Source: Patescibacteria group bacterium
GTDB lineage: Bacteria > Patescibacteriota > Patescibacteriia > 2-01-FULL-39-33
Direction: 5' to 3'
DNA: 64,000 nt
NCBI GenBank assembly: GCA_041650895.1
Contig: JBAZKF010000001.1
Span: forward strand, 573,181-637,180
Both the position numbers and the translations under genes were made by a program. The notes under the pieces were generated by a model. The model had not been told where the DNA came from. It searched no databases and was given only the letters and a program-made list of their open reading frames with translations. Below are positions 30,406 through 40,600 of the stretch, in pieces (position 1 is the stretch's first letter; every line of letters begins with the position of its first letter).

Positions 30406-31023
30406 ATGACAAAAACGCAAAAATTCCTTGCAGTGTTCGGCATGATTTCGCTGATTCTGCTGGCAATGACCTCCTTATGTTTTAATAATTACTATCGGCG
30501 ACAATTTCTTAACTTTCAAAAGCAAATCAACGCCAGTAGCCCCAGTCAGTTTAACGGCGGGAATGATTGTTATAACTTCAGTCCCGCTTTCGGGGCAGAA
30601 ATGCGACGGTTACGGGGTAATTTTAACCGAACTGACGGCCCAGCAAGAGACCAGATTGCCGATCAGGCTATCCATACGGCTTTCGGTTATCACTGCCAAA
30701 AAGAACGCCTACCCCAATACCACCAATATCTCTGCGATGCCATGGCTAGTGATCTGATCCAATGGCCGGCGCTCTGTCGAGTTGATCCGGCAACGGCTCA
30801 GGCGGTGAAAGAGAGAATGCTTGATCTCCATCAACAGACTATCAAAAAATTCAACCAAGAACCGCCTATTGACCCGCGAGCCGGCTGCGCCATTCTTGAA
30901 CAAGTCATAACTCTGCAGGCCAAGGGAGTTTTCACTTGGGAAGAACTGGGAACGAATCAAGACAAATTACGACAATTAATGCAACTCAAGCGCCGAGGAA
31001 CCGACAATAGGATGAAGAAATGA
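30406..31023 (+). CDS. Membrane-anchored hypothetical protein (205 aa)
   Basis: N-terminal TM; RBS aaaaaggaga. Confidence 0.4.
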   Translation: MTKTQKFLAVFGMISLILLAMTSLCFNNYYRRQFLNFQKQINASSPSQFNGGNDCYNFSPAFGAEMRRLRGNFNRTDGPARDQIADQAIHTAFGYHCQKERLPQYHQYLCDAMASDLIQWPALCRVDPATAQAVKERMLDLHQQTIKKFNQEPPIDPRAGCAILEQVITLQAKGVFTWEELGTNQDKLRQLMQLKRRGTDNRMKK

Positions 31024-31238
31024 AAAAACGCCGGCATCACAATAACGATGGTCGACGGCAGATAAAACGAGGCCGAACAGAAAAACAAGTTAAATGCATG
31101 GCGCGCCGGCTGAAAATACCCTATGGCACGCCAAAGAAATAGTACAAAAAAACTCGATTCCGTGCCGGTCTCGAGTTTTATATTTATTTGTTTCTTCAGT
31201 ATTCTGCCAAAATTAATCCAACACCCCGCTTAATGGTT

Positions 31239-31946
31239 TTAGATCTTATAAACCACATCTTTTCTCTCTACCACGATTTCCCAGCCCCGGCGTCTGGCCT
31301 CCTGATATAATTTACTATTAGGATTAAAGGCAATCGGCCTATCCACTGATCGAAGCAACGTAATGTCTCCCTCGGAATCACCCACACCGACTGAACCGCG
31401 CAAAGCCAGGCCTTCCTTGGCCACGGCCCGTTTAAGAATCTTAGCTTTATCAGAAATCAACTCTTCATGTTCCACCCGACCCGTAAACTTGCCGTGTCCG
31501 TCCGATAAAAGAACTCGGCCGTACACCTTGTCAAACCCCAATCCTTGAGCGAACAGTTCTACCAACTCTCGCGGCGAATGGGAGATGGCTAAAAGAAAAT
31601 ATCCGCGTTTTTGCAAATCTTTCACTAAATCACGCGTAAAACGATAAACCCGATTCTGATGGAAAGCGATAACCTTTCTGCCTACGCGCATATAATCGCT
31701 TCGTCGGACCTGCTTGATATTTTTTTCAAACGCCTTAATAACATCATAAATATACTTATCGTAAGAATCTTGGCGATTAAGCCAGGCAGTGAATGACTTG
31801 GCGTAAACCTTTTTGGCTGAAGCCGGAAACAAACCCTCGGAAATCAACGCCTCAGTTACCTCAATCAATAAGCTGGAACGGAAAATGGTTCCGTCAATAT
31901 CAAATACGGCGACTTTTTTATTTTTCACTGACTTAATCTTTTTCAT
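31239..31946 (-). CDS. HAD-superfamily hydrolase
   Basis: VFDIDGTIF motif I. Confidence 0.7.
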   Translation of the reverse strand: MKKIKSVKNKKVAVFDIDGTIFRSSLLIEVTEALISEGLFPASAKKVYAKSFTAWLNRQDSYDKYIYDVIKAFEKNIKQVRRSDYMRVGRKVIAFHQNRVYRFTRDLVKDLQKRGYFLLAISHSPRELVELFAQGLGFDKVYGRVLLSDGHGKFTGRVEHEELISDKAKILKRAVAKEGLALRGSVGVGDSEGDITLLRSVDRPIAFNPNSKLYQEARRRGWEIVVERKDVVYKI

Positions 31947-32105
31947 AAATTAGCATTAAAAAGTAACCTTATCTTACCATAAAAAAACCGAGTTGAATAT
32001 GGCAACATAAACCGTTGACATACTATGCATAATATGATAAAAAGAGATGTGTAAGTGTTTTTTATTTGAACATTAAAATAGAACAACAAAGGAAGGAAAA
32101 CTACC

Positions 32106-33161
32106 ATGTCAAAAAGCAAAAAAATCATGGTCACCGGAATTCCCGGCAGTGGCAGTACTGAATTTTGCAAAAAATATATTGAGGCCGACCCTAGCCGCTT
32201 AGAAGTTAATAGTTATCACTTGGGCGATAGACTGCTGGCGCTAGCTCAAGAAACCCCCCAAAAGCCTCCGGTAACCGCCAAAAATCTGCTTAATCTCAAC
32301 CCGGAATTATTGAGCGCCTTGGGTGGTAGGGCTTTTGATTCAGTATTGGCTCTAACCACTCACGATCAAGAAAAATATGACCGGCTGATCATTGACCTGC
32401 ACGCTCAATTTTTCTGGAATGACATTTTTACCAATGCCCATGATTGGCATCACTTGTCTCAGCTTATGCCTGATTTATTTATAACATTGATCGAAAAACC
32501 ATCTACGATCCAACAACGGCAAATGGCTACGCCACAAGGCCGGACACAAAGTCACGGCCTGCGCGATATTTTGCTTTGGCAAAATATAGAAGTCAATACG
32601 GTTGCGGGTTTAGCTGCCAACCTCGGCAAACCGCATTATATTCTACCCGGTAGGCAAGACCCCTTAACCATTGAGAGCCTATTAGCCAGCGCTTTTCTGA
32701 TTTATTTTCAAATGCCCATGACTGATGCCAGCTCGCAAGCCGATCAAATGATCACGGCATTCAAAGAGAAACTCCTTACTCTGGGGCGCCGCCTAACCGG
32801 CCTGCCGACACCGCTAATTGATCCCAGAACGATTGACATGGAATCGGGGGCCGGGCTTTCTGCCCAAGAAGAGCTGATTATTCGCCGACACACAGTCCAT
32901 CGGGATTTGAACTGGTATATTCCTGAAGCATCAGACCAAGTCGCCTATTATCCCCCGGGAACAACTTTATCCAAGGGTGTCGCCGATGAATGTACCAGAG
33001 GCTTTGAGACCGGCAAAAACGTCTTTGTGATCTGGCCCAACCAACACACTAGTCCGTTTATGGATATCGCCACTAAAGTCTTTACCTCTGAAGAAGCTTT
33101 CTTTGAATTTTTCTCCGACTATCTACCGGAAAGAATTAAAGAATTAAAACGTGCCAATTAA
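32106..33161 (+). CDS. P-loop containing hypothetical protein (351 aa)
   Basis: Walker A-like GIPGSGST. Confidence 0.4.
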   Translation: MSKSKKIMVTGIPGSGSTEFCKKYIEADPSRLEVNSYHLGDRLLALAQETPQKPPVTAKNLLNLNPELLSALGGRAFDSVLALTTHDQEKYDRLIIDLHAQFFWNDIFTNAHDWHHLSQLMPDLFITLIEKPSTIQQRQMATPQGRTQSHGLRDILLWQNIEVNTVAGLAANLGKPHYILPGRQDPLTIESLLASAFLIYFQMPMTDASSQADQMITAFKEKLLTLGRRLTGLPTPLIDPRTIDMESGAGLSAQEELIIRRHTVHRDLNWYIPEASDQVAYYPPGTTLSKGVADECTRGFETGKNVFVIWPNQHTSPFMDIATKVFTSEEAFFEFFSDYLPERIKELKRAN

Positions 33162-33186
33162 AATTGGCTGAAAGGAAGATAAAGAA

Positions 33187-33840
33187 ATGGGCCGGAACAG
33201 CAAGGAAACTATTAAGAAATTACAAGTCGTCAGCTTTCACTCCAGAAGCGGAGGAGTCGGCAAAAGCACTGAGGCCTTACGATTGGCTAAAAGGCTAAGT
33301 GCTCAAGGCAAGCGGGTTTGTGTTATTGACCTGGATGTCATAGGCGCCGGCTTAATGCCTTTGCTGGCAAACAATGCCATGAAAAAATATCTGAGACAAA
33401 ACACCGTAGCGTTTTTGGAACAATATCTACTGGCCACCGATACCAATGATTTTGATATCGGTAAATTGATTATCCCTTGCCAGGCTTTTGGTGTTATTCT
33501 GCAACTCCGCGGTATTGATTTAGAAAGAATACAAATCAATATTTGGCGAGATCACCGTAGTGATGAAAAATCACTAACCAAGTTAGCTAAAATCCTTGAT
33601 GACAACGTTGACATGCTATTCAGGAATGAGTTACATTTCAAAGAGATAGCAATTAGACTTAACATTCTGTTTAAAAAGTTAATTGAAAAAGGCTTTGACT
33701 CGGTGATACTTGATTGCCATACCGGTGTCAAATTTGTCGCGGAAAGTCTGATAGAGATGGCCACTAAAAAACGATATGACTGGAAACTGGTTTGGATCAG
33801 TCCAAAACCACCACAAAATACCCGCCGAAACGTAGTCTGA
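33187..33840 (+). CDS. P-loop ATPase, ParA/MinD/Mrp-like deviant Walker A
   Basis: SRSGGVGKST. Confidence 0.4.
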   Translation: MGRNSKETIKKLQVVSFHSRSGGVGKSTEALRLAKRLSAQGKRVCVIDLDVIGAGLMPLLANNAMKKYLRQNTVAFLEQYLLATDTNDFDIGKLIIPCQAFGVILQLRGIDLERIQINIWRDHRSDEKSLTKLAKILDDNVDMLFRNELHFKEIAIRLNILFKKLIEKGFDSVILDCHTGVKFVAESLIEMATKKRYDWKLVWISPKPPQNTRRNVV

Positions 33841-33983
33841 ATCACATTATTTATTTTGTTCATTCATTATCCGTTGCCTCAGACAACGGATTTTTTAATA
33901 CGATTGACACAATAACCAATCAATGCTAATCTGCCTTAAAGTTCTTTTCAATTGAATGAAGGACGATTTATAAGGAGGCTTAT

Positions 33984-34310
33984 ATGTTCCCTATCGCCAT
34001 AACCTACCTGATTTGGATACCTGTGGAAATCGCTTTTTATGCTGTCATCGCCTACTTTTCCAAAAAGAATAATGAGGTCAAAAGCAAAAAATTATTAGCA
34101 ATAATGATCGGCTTAAACTTGATACCGCTTTGGGCGTTTATTGCTCCCGATTCCACTAGTTTAGCTTTTGATATGTTGCTTTACGATACGCTGATGACTA
34201 TGACATTGACCTTGGCCTTGGTAACGCTAGGCGTTGCCATAGAGTTCAAACGTCACAATTGGTTAGGAGTAATGATTGTAATTATTGGTTTTATCCTAAT
34301 GAAACTCTAA
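33984..34310 (+). CDS. Small multi-pass membrane protein (108 aa), paralog of next gene
   Basis: Similar topology and motifs (LIPLWAFIAPDS vs IAPLWPFISKYS). Confidence 0.45.
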   Translation: MFPIAITYLIWIPVEIAFYAVIAYFSKKNNEVKSKKLLAIMIGLNLIPLWAFIAPDSTSLAFDMLLYDTLMTMTLTLALVTLGVAIEFKRHNWLGVMIVIIGFILMKL

Positions 34311-34320
34311 GGAGGAAGAC

Positions 34321-34665
34321 ATGGTTGTCTATTGGTTGCTAATACCGCTAACCATACTTGACGGCATGGCCATGAGCTACTTTTCCTGGCAAAGCAGTTT
34401 GACGCAGAATTGGTGGTCGTTTATCTGTTTAATATTGATTAATATCGCACCGCTCTGGCCTTTCATCAGTAAGTATTCAAAAAATCTTATCTTTGACGGA
34501 TTGCTTTTCGTCGTTTCTTTGACTGCCGCCGAACTGATCACTGTTTCTTTTCTGGATAGAACCCAAAGTCCTTTGCTAATAAACTGGCTGGGTCTCTTTA
34601 TCGCTTTTATCGGTTTTGTCCTGATAAAACTGCCCTGGCCATTAAAAAAATCAACAACTTTGTAA
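34321..34665 (+). CDS. Small multi-pass membrane protein (114 aa), paralog of previous gene
   Basis: Tandem duplicate; RBS ggagga. Confidence 0.45.
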   Translation: MVVYWLLIPLTILDGMAMSYFSWQSSLTQNWWSFICLILINIAPLWPFISKYSKNLIFDGLLFVVSLTAAELITVSFLDRTQSPLLINWLGLFIAFIGFVLIKLPWPLKKSTTL

Positions 34666-34815
34666 GACATCTTATCTGATGATCGACAGAAACCCTTGAC
34701 TTTGCGTGATTACTATGGTATACTGGATTATTAACAGTTCTTTAGGTTGGCAAGCTTGTAATCAGTGTCTTGTGATGCTGATAGGAAGTAAGCCAAAAAA
34801 AGAAAGGAAAACGAG

Positions 34816-35343
34816 ATGAGTAAGAGTGATTTAATTAACGCCTGCGGTCTTGGGTCGGAAATATTAAGAATAATGACCGACCTGATTCATCAAGTGAAAA
34901 ATGCAGGGGGCGACGAAAGAGACATCCGACTGCTAAAAGATGAAAGAATTTTAAAACGCGTCGCGACCATCCTGGCAAGGGCCGGAAGATTACATAAGCC
35001 TTTCCGGGTAAACAGTCGCTCTTATCCCGATGGCCATGTTGATGTTTTCTTCGTCGGGTTAAAAGTCAAGTACCTTTCTGATATAAGCTCCGCTCTACCG
35101 GAACATTGCCGCTTAGCCACTTGCCAAGAATTACGTGACCTCTGGTTAGAATACAGCAAAGAATTAAGTGGCGAGAGTGATCTCAAAATCATCGGTGATT
35201 ATTGTTCTGAAAATGGAAAACAGGAATACGGGATGCTCGAATTAGATAGCCCCGATTTCAGTTATCATCATCTGTTACGCGTTTTCAACGAGGATATCAG
35301 CAAGAATATCAGCGACTGCTTATTCGCCGTAGTCATTAACTAA
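34816..35343 (+). CDS. Hypothetical protein (175 aa)
   Basis: ORF track. Confidence 0.4.
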   Translation: MSKSDLINACGLGSEILRIMTDLIHQVKNAGGDERDIRLLKDERILKRVATILARAGRLHKPFRVNSRSYPDGHVDVFFVGLKVKYLSDISSALPEHCRLATCQELRDLWLEYSKELSGESDLKIIGDYCSENGKQEYGMLELDSPDFSYHHLLRVFNEDISKNISDCLFAVVIN

Positions 35344-35437
35344 AACGATCTAAGAACATTATCAAAACCGCCCAGTCATCTGACTGGGCGGTTCTTATTT
35401 TTTCTAACTTAATTTGTAGGTGATTTGATATGGCTCG

Positions 35438-35758
35438 TTATTTTTTACGAAAAAGATAATAGAAAATAAAAAACCCGACTAGTCCGATAATCAAATCCCA
35501 AATCCTGTCCACTGCTGTCTCTGCAACAAATAAAATACCGGTCAAAAGAATCTCAATAATCTCATAAATAATCAAAATAACGAGAGTAAATAACCAAGAA
35601 TACTTCTTAGGATAATAAATGGCAAATAACAACCCCAAGATCGCGCCGGAACAAAAATGAAGCGCTGACCAATAATCAATATAAACATAGGGTCGACTGA
35701 TAATGATCCGCCCCAAAAATTCTTGTATGGGATTGTTGTTTATGAATGACTTGTCCAT
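35438..35758 (-). CDS. Membrane protein (106 aa)
   Basis: ORF track. Confidence 0.4.
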   Translation of the reverse strand: MDKSFINNNPIQEFLGRIIISRPYVYIDYWSALHFCSGAILGLLFAIYYPKKYSWLFTLVILIIYEIIEILLTGILFVAETAVDRIWDLIIGLVGFFIFYYLFRKK

Positions 35759-35883
35759 TACCTTAATAATACCAAAAAAGCTTGTTTTGAGCCATTACTT
35801 GTTAGATATTGACAAAATAACTATAATCTGATAAGATATCTAATTGATAAGGCAGAACCTTAACAAAACACAAGGAGAGACAA

Positions 35884-36945
35884 ATGGATCAATCATTAAT
35901 GACGGTTGAAACGACTGGCATTATACCAGGCAAAGAGTATGCTATTGACGAAAGTAATCCAATAAGAATGATGGCTAGAGAAATTTTAGCTGGCAGGACA
36001 GAGCCATTTTCAGAAGAGGAAGTGACTGAGTTGATTGACCGACGCTATTTCTCTTTTGAGTCAATCGTTCCCATAACCGATAACGAGGAAGAATTATTAA
36101 AAACAACGTTATTGGAGGATTTAATGTACTATCTCAATAACGGCCCGACCAGAAAATTCCTATTGGCAGAATGTTTTCTGGTTGGAAATGCGGGCAGACG
36201 GAACGACCAAGAAATAGTCTCGGTCAATTCTCGTACTCCGATTCCCAAGAGCCTCAACCCGATGACTCCGGAAGAAAAAATAATTTTTTTAAGCGACCCT
36301 AAAAATTTAAAGGTTTTCTGGGAATACGAGTATGGCTCTTCAACATTAGCATTGATGGGTTACCGCCCGATCAGCGATTATGGTATGTTCGGCTCCACTG
36401 AGAGGTTCACTCAAACCATAAGAAGAATCCAAAAAGCCACAGGAAAAAGTCAATTAAACATTCTGGATCTCGGCGGAGGGGTCGGACTGGCTCTATATGA
36501 TGCAAAAAGGCTTCATCCGGAATTAGTTACTTACAACACCACCAGAGATGAAGAATACGGATCATACGGAGTTGATTTTCAAATAGTATGTTTTCTAGAG
36601 AGAATGCCTCGGCAATTGCGGGGAAAAATCGATTACATTTTCTCCAATATGGCCACCAGGTATATTGCTTTCTGCGATTTAACTCTTCAAGGATGTATTG
36701 AGGCTCTCGCTATCGGCGGAACCATGGAAGTGCTTTTTTCCTCGGAAAAATCATGCAACCGTAACTTAGAAGACGTGAAAAATAGAACAAAGACCGCTTA
36801 CGAATATCTTAAGGATTTGGAAACGGCGAAACTCATTCAACTTCAAATTAATGGTAGAATTGGCAATAATATCAGTAGAAGTACCTTCATGGCTAATGAG
36901 CGTAGTCTTTATCCCGCTTCAAAGGTCATTGTTACAAGATTATAA
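35884..36945 (+). CDS. Hypothetical protein, possible class I SAM-dependent methyltransferase fold
   Basis: ILDLGGGVGLALYD resembles MTase motif I; otherwise unrecognised. Confidence 0.35.
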   Translation: MDQSLMTVETTGIIPGKEYAIDESNPIRMMAREILAGRTEPFSEEEVTELIDRRYFSFESIVPITDNEEELLKTTLLEDLMYYLNNGPTRKFLLAECFLVGNAGRRNDQEIVSVNSRTPIPKSLNPMTPEEKIIFLSDPKNLKVFWEYEYGSSTLALMGYRPISDYGMFGSTERFTQTIRRIQKATGKSQLNILDLGGGVGLALYDAKRLHPELVTYNTTRDEEYGSYGVDFQIVCFLERMPRQLRGKIDYIFSNMATRYIAFCDLTLQGCIEALAIGGTMEVLFSSEKSCNRNLEDVKNRTKTAYEYLKDLETAKLIQLQINGRIGNNISRSTFMANERSLYPASKVIVTRL

Positions 36946-37071
36946 TCAAGCAAAAAGACCCGCATCCAACTATTTGGATGCGGTTTTAATTTTACCTATG
37001 CTTATCGATTAACAAAACAAAATAACCGGCCACCGGGCCGGTTATTTTATTAAAATCACAACAAAAACAAA

Positions 37072-37527
37072 CTAAAACCTTATTAAACTGGAAAATATTA
37101 GCACTATGCCGGCACCCAACAGGCAACCGGCCATTTTGCCGACGGCCGACTTAAGGACCGTTCTTTCTTCATTCACTTTTTTGGTTCGTAAATTCTCAGC
37201 CGAATATCCCTCAAACACGCCGGCGATGGCATCGGTGATGGAATTGCCGACAACCCCGCCGATTATAGCGCCCGCCACACCGGCAAAGTAGCCGCCGACT
37301 ATTGCCATGATTGCCAGGATACCGTTGTCAATAACACCGAATATAATATCGGGCTGGATAGATTTTACACTAATACTGAATGGAATAAGAGAAACAATAC
37401 AGAGAATAGACAACCCAATCAAGACAAAGCCTATCAACTGCGAGTTGTTAATAAAAAAGATGCTGACAGTAAAAACAATAACGCATAAAATGGCAATATT
37501 AAGTAGAGAAAGGATCTTTAATTTCAT
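37072..37527 (-). CDS. Multi-pass membrane protein (151 aa)
   Basis: Gly-rich TM helices. Confidence 0.4.
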   Translation of the reverse strand: MKLKILSLLNIAILCVIVFTVSIFFINNSQLIGFVLIGLSILCIVSLIPFSISVKSIQPDIIFGVIDNGILAIMAIVGGYFAGVAGAIIGGVVGNSITDAIAGVFEGYSAENLRTKKVNEERTVLKSAVGKMAGCLLGAGIVLIFSSLIRF

Positions 37528-37610
37528 AAGTGATTTATTATTTATATATATTATAACAAAAAATTACTATTTTTGCAGACTCAACTTTTCCAATACCACC
37601 TTCCAAGCCC

Positions 37611-40600
37611 TTAATCACCGATTAATCTGGCGCTCCTGATGGTAAAGCGTCCGTTAGGCAGCTTACCTCCGCCAGCATCACTATAGACATATGTGCTACG
37701 GCTATTATTATTATGCAAATCGGCGGTGACCAATTCTTGATTAAAATCAACAGGAACAACGTCTACATATAAATCGACACCCATCCTTTTTGCTTTAAGC
37801 TTAGCAAAATTAACAATAGCTTCATTGATTTTGGGATGCGGATTGACTGAATAAACTCTCTCAATAAATAATTGCGGTTTGTTGTTATCGTCTTCAACTA
37901 AACGCATGACACTACGCGCAACAATATCTCCGCTCTCATTATACATTTGGATAATCTTAATATTGGGATCAGACAAATAAGACATTAAACCGGCATTCAT
38001 ACCACTTCTACTGTCATAGCTTTGACAAGAAGCAACCGGTCTTTCTCCAATAAAAGCGTAAACCTCCAGATCAATCTTGTCAGTCAGATAAAGTTTTTCC
38101 TTTGAAACTTTTTTACCGCCATACATTTGCTCAAAACCGCCGGCGAGCAATTGACGAATGCGATTGATATCCCCTATGAAATCAGGGAATTCTTCTCCAA
38201 AGTGTCTTTCTATCAGACTAAGCGCTTTTTTCAACGGCAACTGGTTTTTATTGCCAAGAGTAAGTACTTGACTCTCTAATTCATGAGCGGTTAAATTTTT
38301 CAAGCTATTTAAATATTTAAGAGCTAAAATATAGGTCATTTCATCATTATGCTCCCGGCGGTAATCGGCTATTTGGCGCGCCAATTCCTTATACTCCGCT
38401 TGCTGTTCTTCGGTCAATCCCACTGTTTTTGATAATTCACGTAACTCCTTCTGGCGGGTGGTAAAAATATTTAATGGTTCAATTAGAACATCATACTTTT
38501 CTTCAATATTAGACAAATCTATAGACTCCTCGGTAATATGGCCGTCAGCCACGGCATCGCCGATTATATCCCTGATGCCGGCTTTCATGTCAGAGATACG
38601 GTAACTAAGAGTTTCTTCAAAATCATTTTTTTCTCCATTAAGCCATTCCTGATATTGCTCCAGAGATAAGCTTTTAGGTATTAATTTTTCCTCTTGTAAT
38701 TTATTGAGCTGCAAAAGCTTATCTTTCGGTTCAGTACTACTACCCCAATTGCGCCAGAAATCATATGTGCCGCGCAAAACATGAGTAATGAATTCCTTAA
38801 AAACCAGCTCTTGGCGATAGTTTTTTTTGCAAGACCCGTAATAATAAGTCATCAATGCGCGAGATAGATCAACTGATAAACCTTCAAAGGACAGCCCCGA
38901 CAACTCCTCCAGACCAAAAACATACAAGAGGAACCCCTCAACACCCTCTTGCAAATCTTTTTTTATTTCAGCGAAATCTTCCGATCGCAATATCTGACCC
39001 AAGAAACCTAAGTTATTAAGAAGCGAAAACTCCAACAAGCCTACAAGTTCCGTTCGTTGATTCTCCGGCAGAGACATTAGCCAGACGGCATGTTCCCTAA
39101 TCGCCGAATGGCTATTAAGCAAAAAAATTGTTCTTACCATCCGTTCAAAACCTTCGTCAGGATTGAAAGATCCAGCGATGATCACTGACTCGCCCTCTTC
39201 CTTCTTGTTGTTAATTATTTTCTCCAATTCTTTTTGATATAATCCAACAAATGGCGTTTGTTTTACTTGACTTAAAATTGCGGAATAATGATCTATTTCC
39301 TTCTGGCTTTGGCCAAACGAATCAATTAAAGGATTCATTTCCTTGATCTGTTCTAATATTTCTGGTTGGACATCATCATTATCAAAAACAAACCCGCCAT
39401 ATTTACTTTTCCTGAAAGCCAAAAGTCGCGCATTCTCTCGCATGAGCAAATAATACTCTTTACCACCCAAAATATTCTCGCATAATGTTGGTGATTCGCC
39501 CTTATCTGGACGGTTATCCATTTTAAATAGTATTTCGGGATAGATAGCTATATACCCGGACAAATCTCTAGTGATATATTTGGCAGTATCCAACCCCTTA
39601 GTCCTTAAAATATTTTCATCAAAAACCAGGAATCTGTTTAACTCACAGGCCCGGTCCAAAATTTCTATGATTCTCTTTGCTAATAACTCTAAATTACGAT
39701 TATTTGCTTCATACCCATTGTCAATCAGTTCCGTTAACTCTTGATTGAGCTGTCTCTTCTTCTCCTGCCTCTTCGGCGAATGTTCTAATTGTTGGAAAGA
39801 TTGCAATTCCTTTTGCAGTCTCTGATCTTCTTTGCCGTACAGGTTGATTTCCCTATTCAACTGAGCCAGCGCTGAGAAATTACTTAACTTCGTTAAACGG
39901 TCCACCAAAGCCGCCGCCCTGGCCGGCTTCTTTCCTAACTCGGCTACCAAATAAAAATCATCAAATAATGATGAAAAATCTATATATTCTGCGTGGCGGA
40001 TCACCAAATCAATCAAATCTTTTGTTTCAATGAGTTCTTTAGCTTCTTTCCATTGATAAGAATACTCCGTTACAGCGGCGAATAGATGACCATTCTCAAC
40101 TAAAAGCTTTTTGCAAGTGTCCGCATGTTGGCCAATATATTTAGATGACAGCAGGGCTGAAAAAAAATTAGAATTAACATTGCCAGTCAGCTGTTCCGCA
40201 ATGAATTGTTGCTGTTCCGCCCGGGAATAAATGTTCTCCACTATCTTGACGGATTCCTTTCCGAGAAATAGACTAGGATTGGCGGAGAAAAGCAATTTGG
40301 CTTTATCGGCTAATGATTCTACTGAGGTTTCTAACGGCTTGCCCTCTCGCCGTAATTGATGCAAGTGATACAATAACTTATTGTAATTTTTAATGAAGCT
40401 TTGACTATCAGTAGAACAAGTCCTGACTAATTCATCAAAGGCCATAACCTGATGTTTAAGGACATAACTTATATTATTAAGCCAGATATCGGGAGCGAGT
40501 TTAGTTACAGCCTCCTGAATTTTCTGTCGATCATCAGCGTTAAAGGCTAAAAAGAATCCTTCGGAGTTTAAATTTGTTATTCGTCCTACAAAGCCATAAC

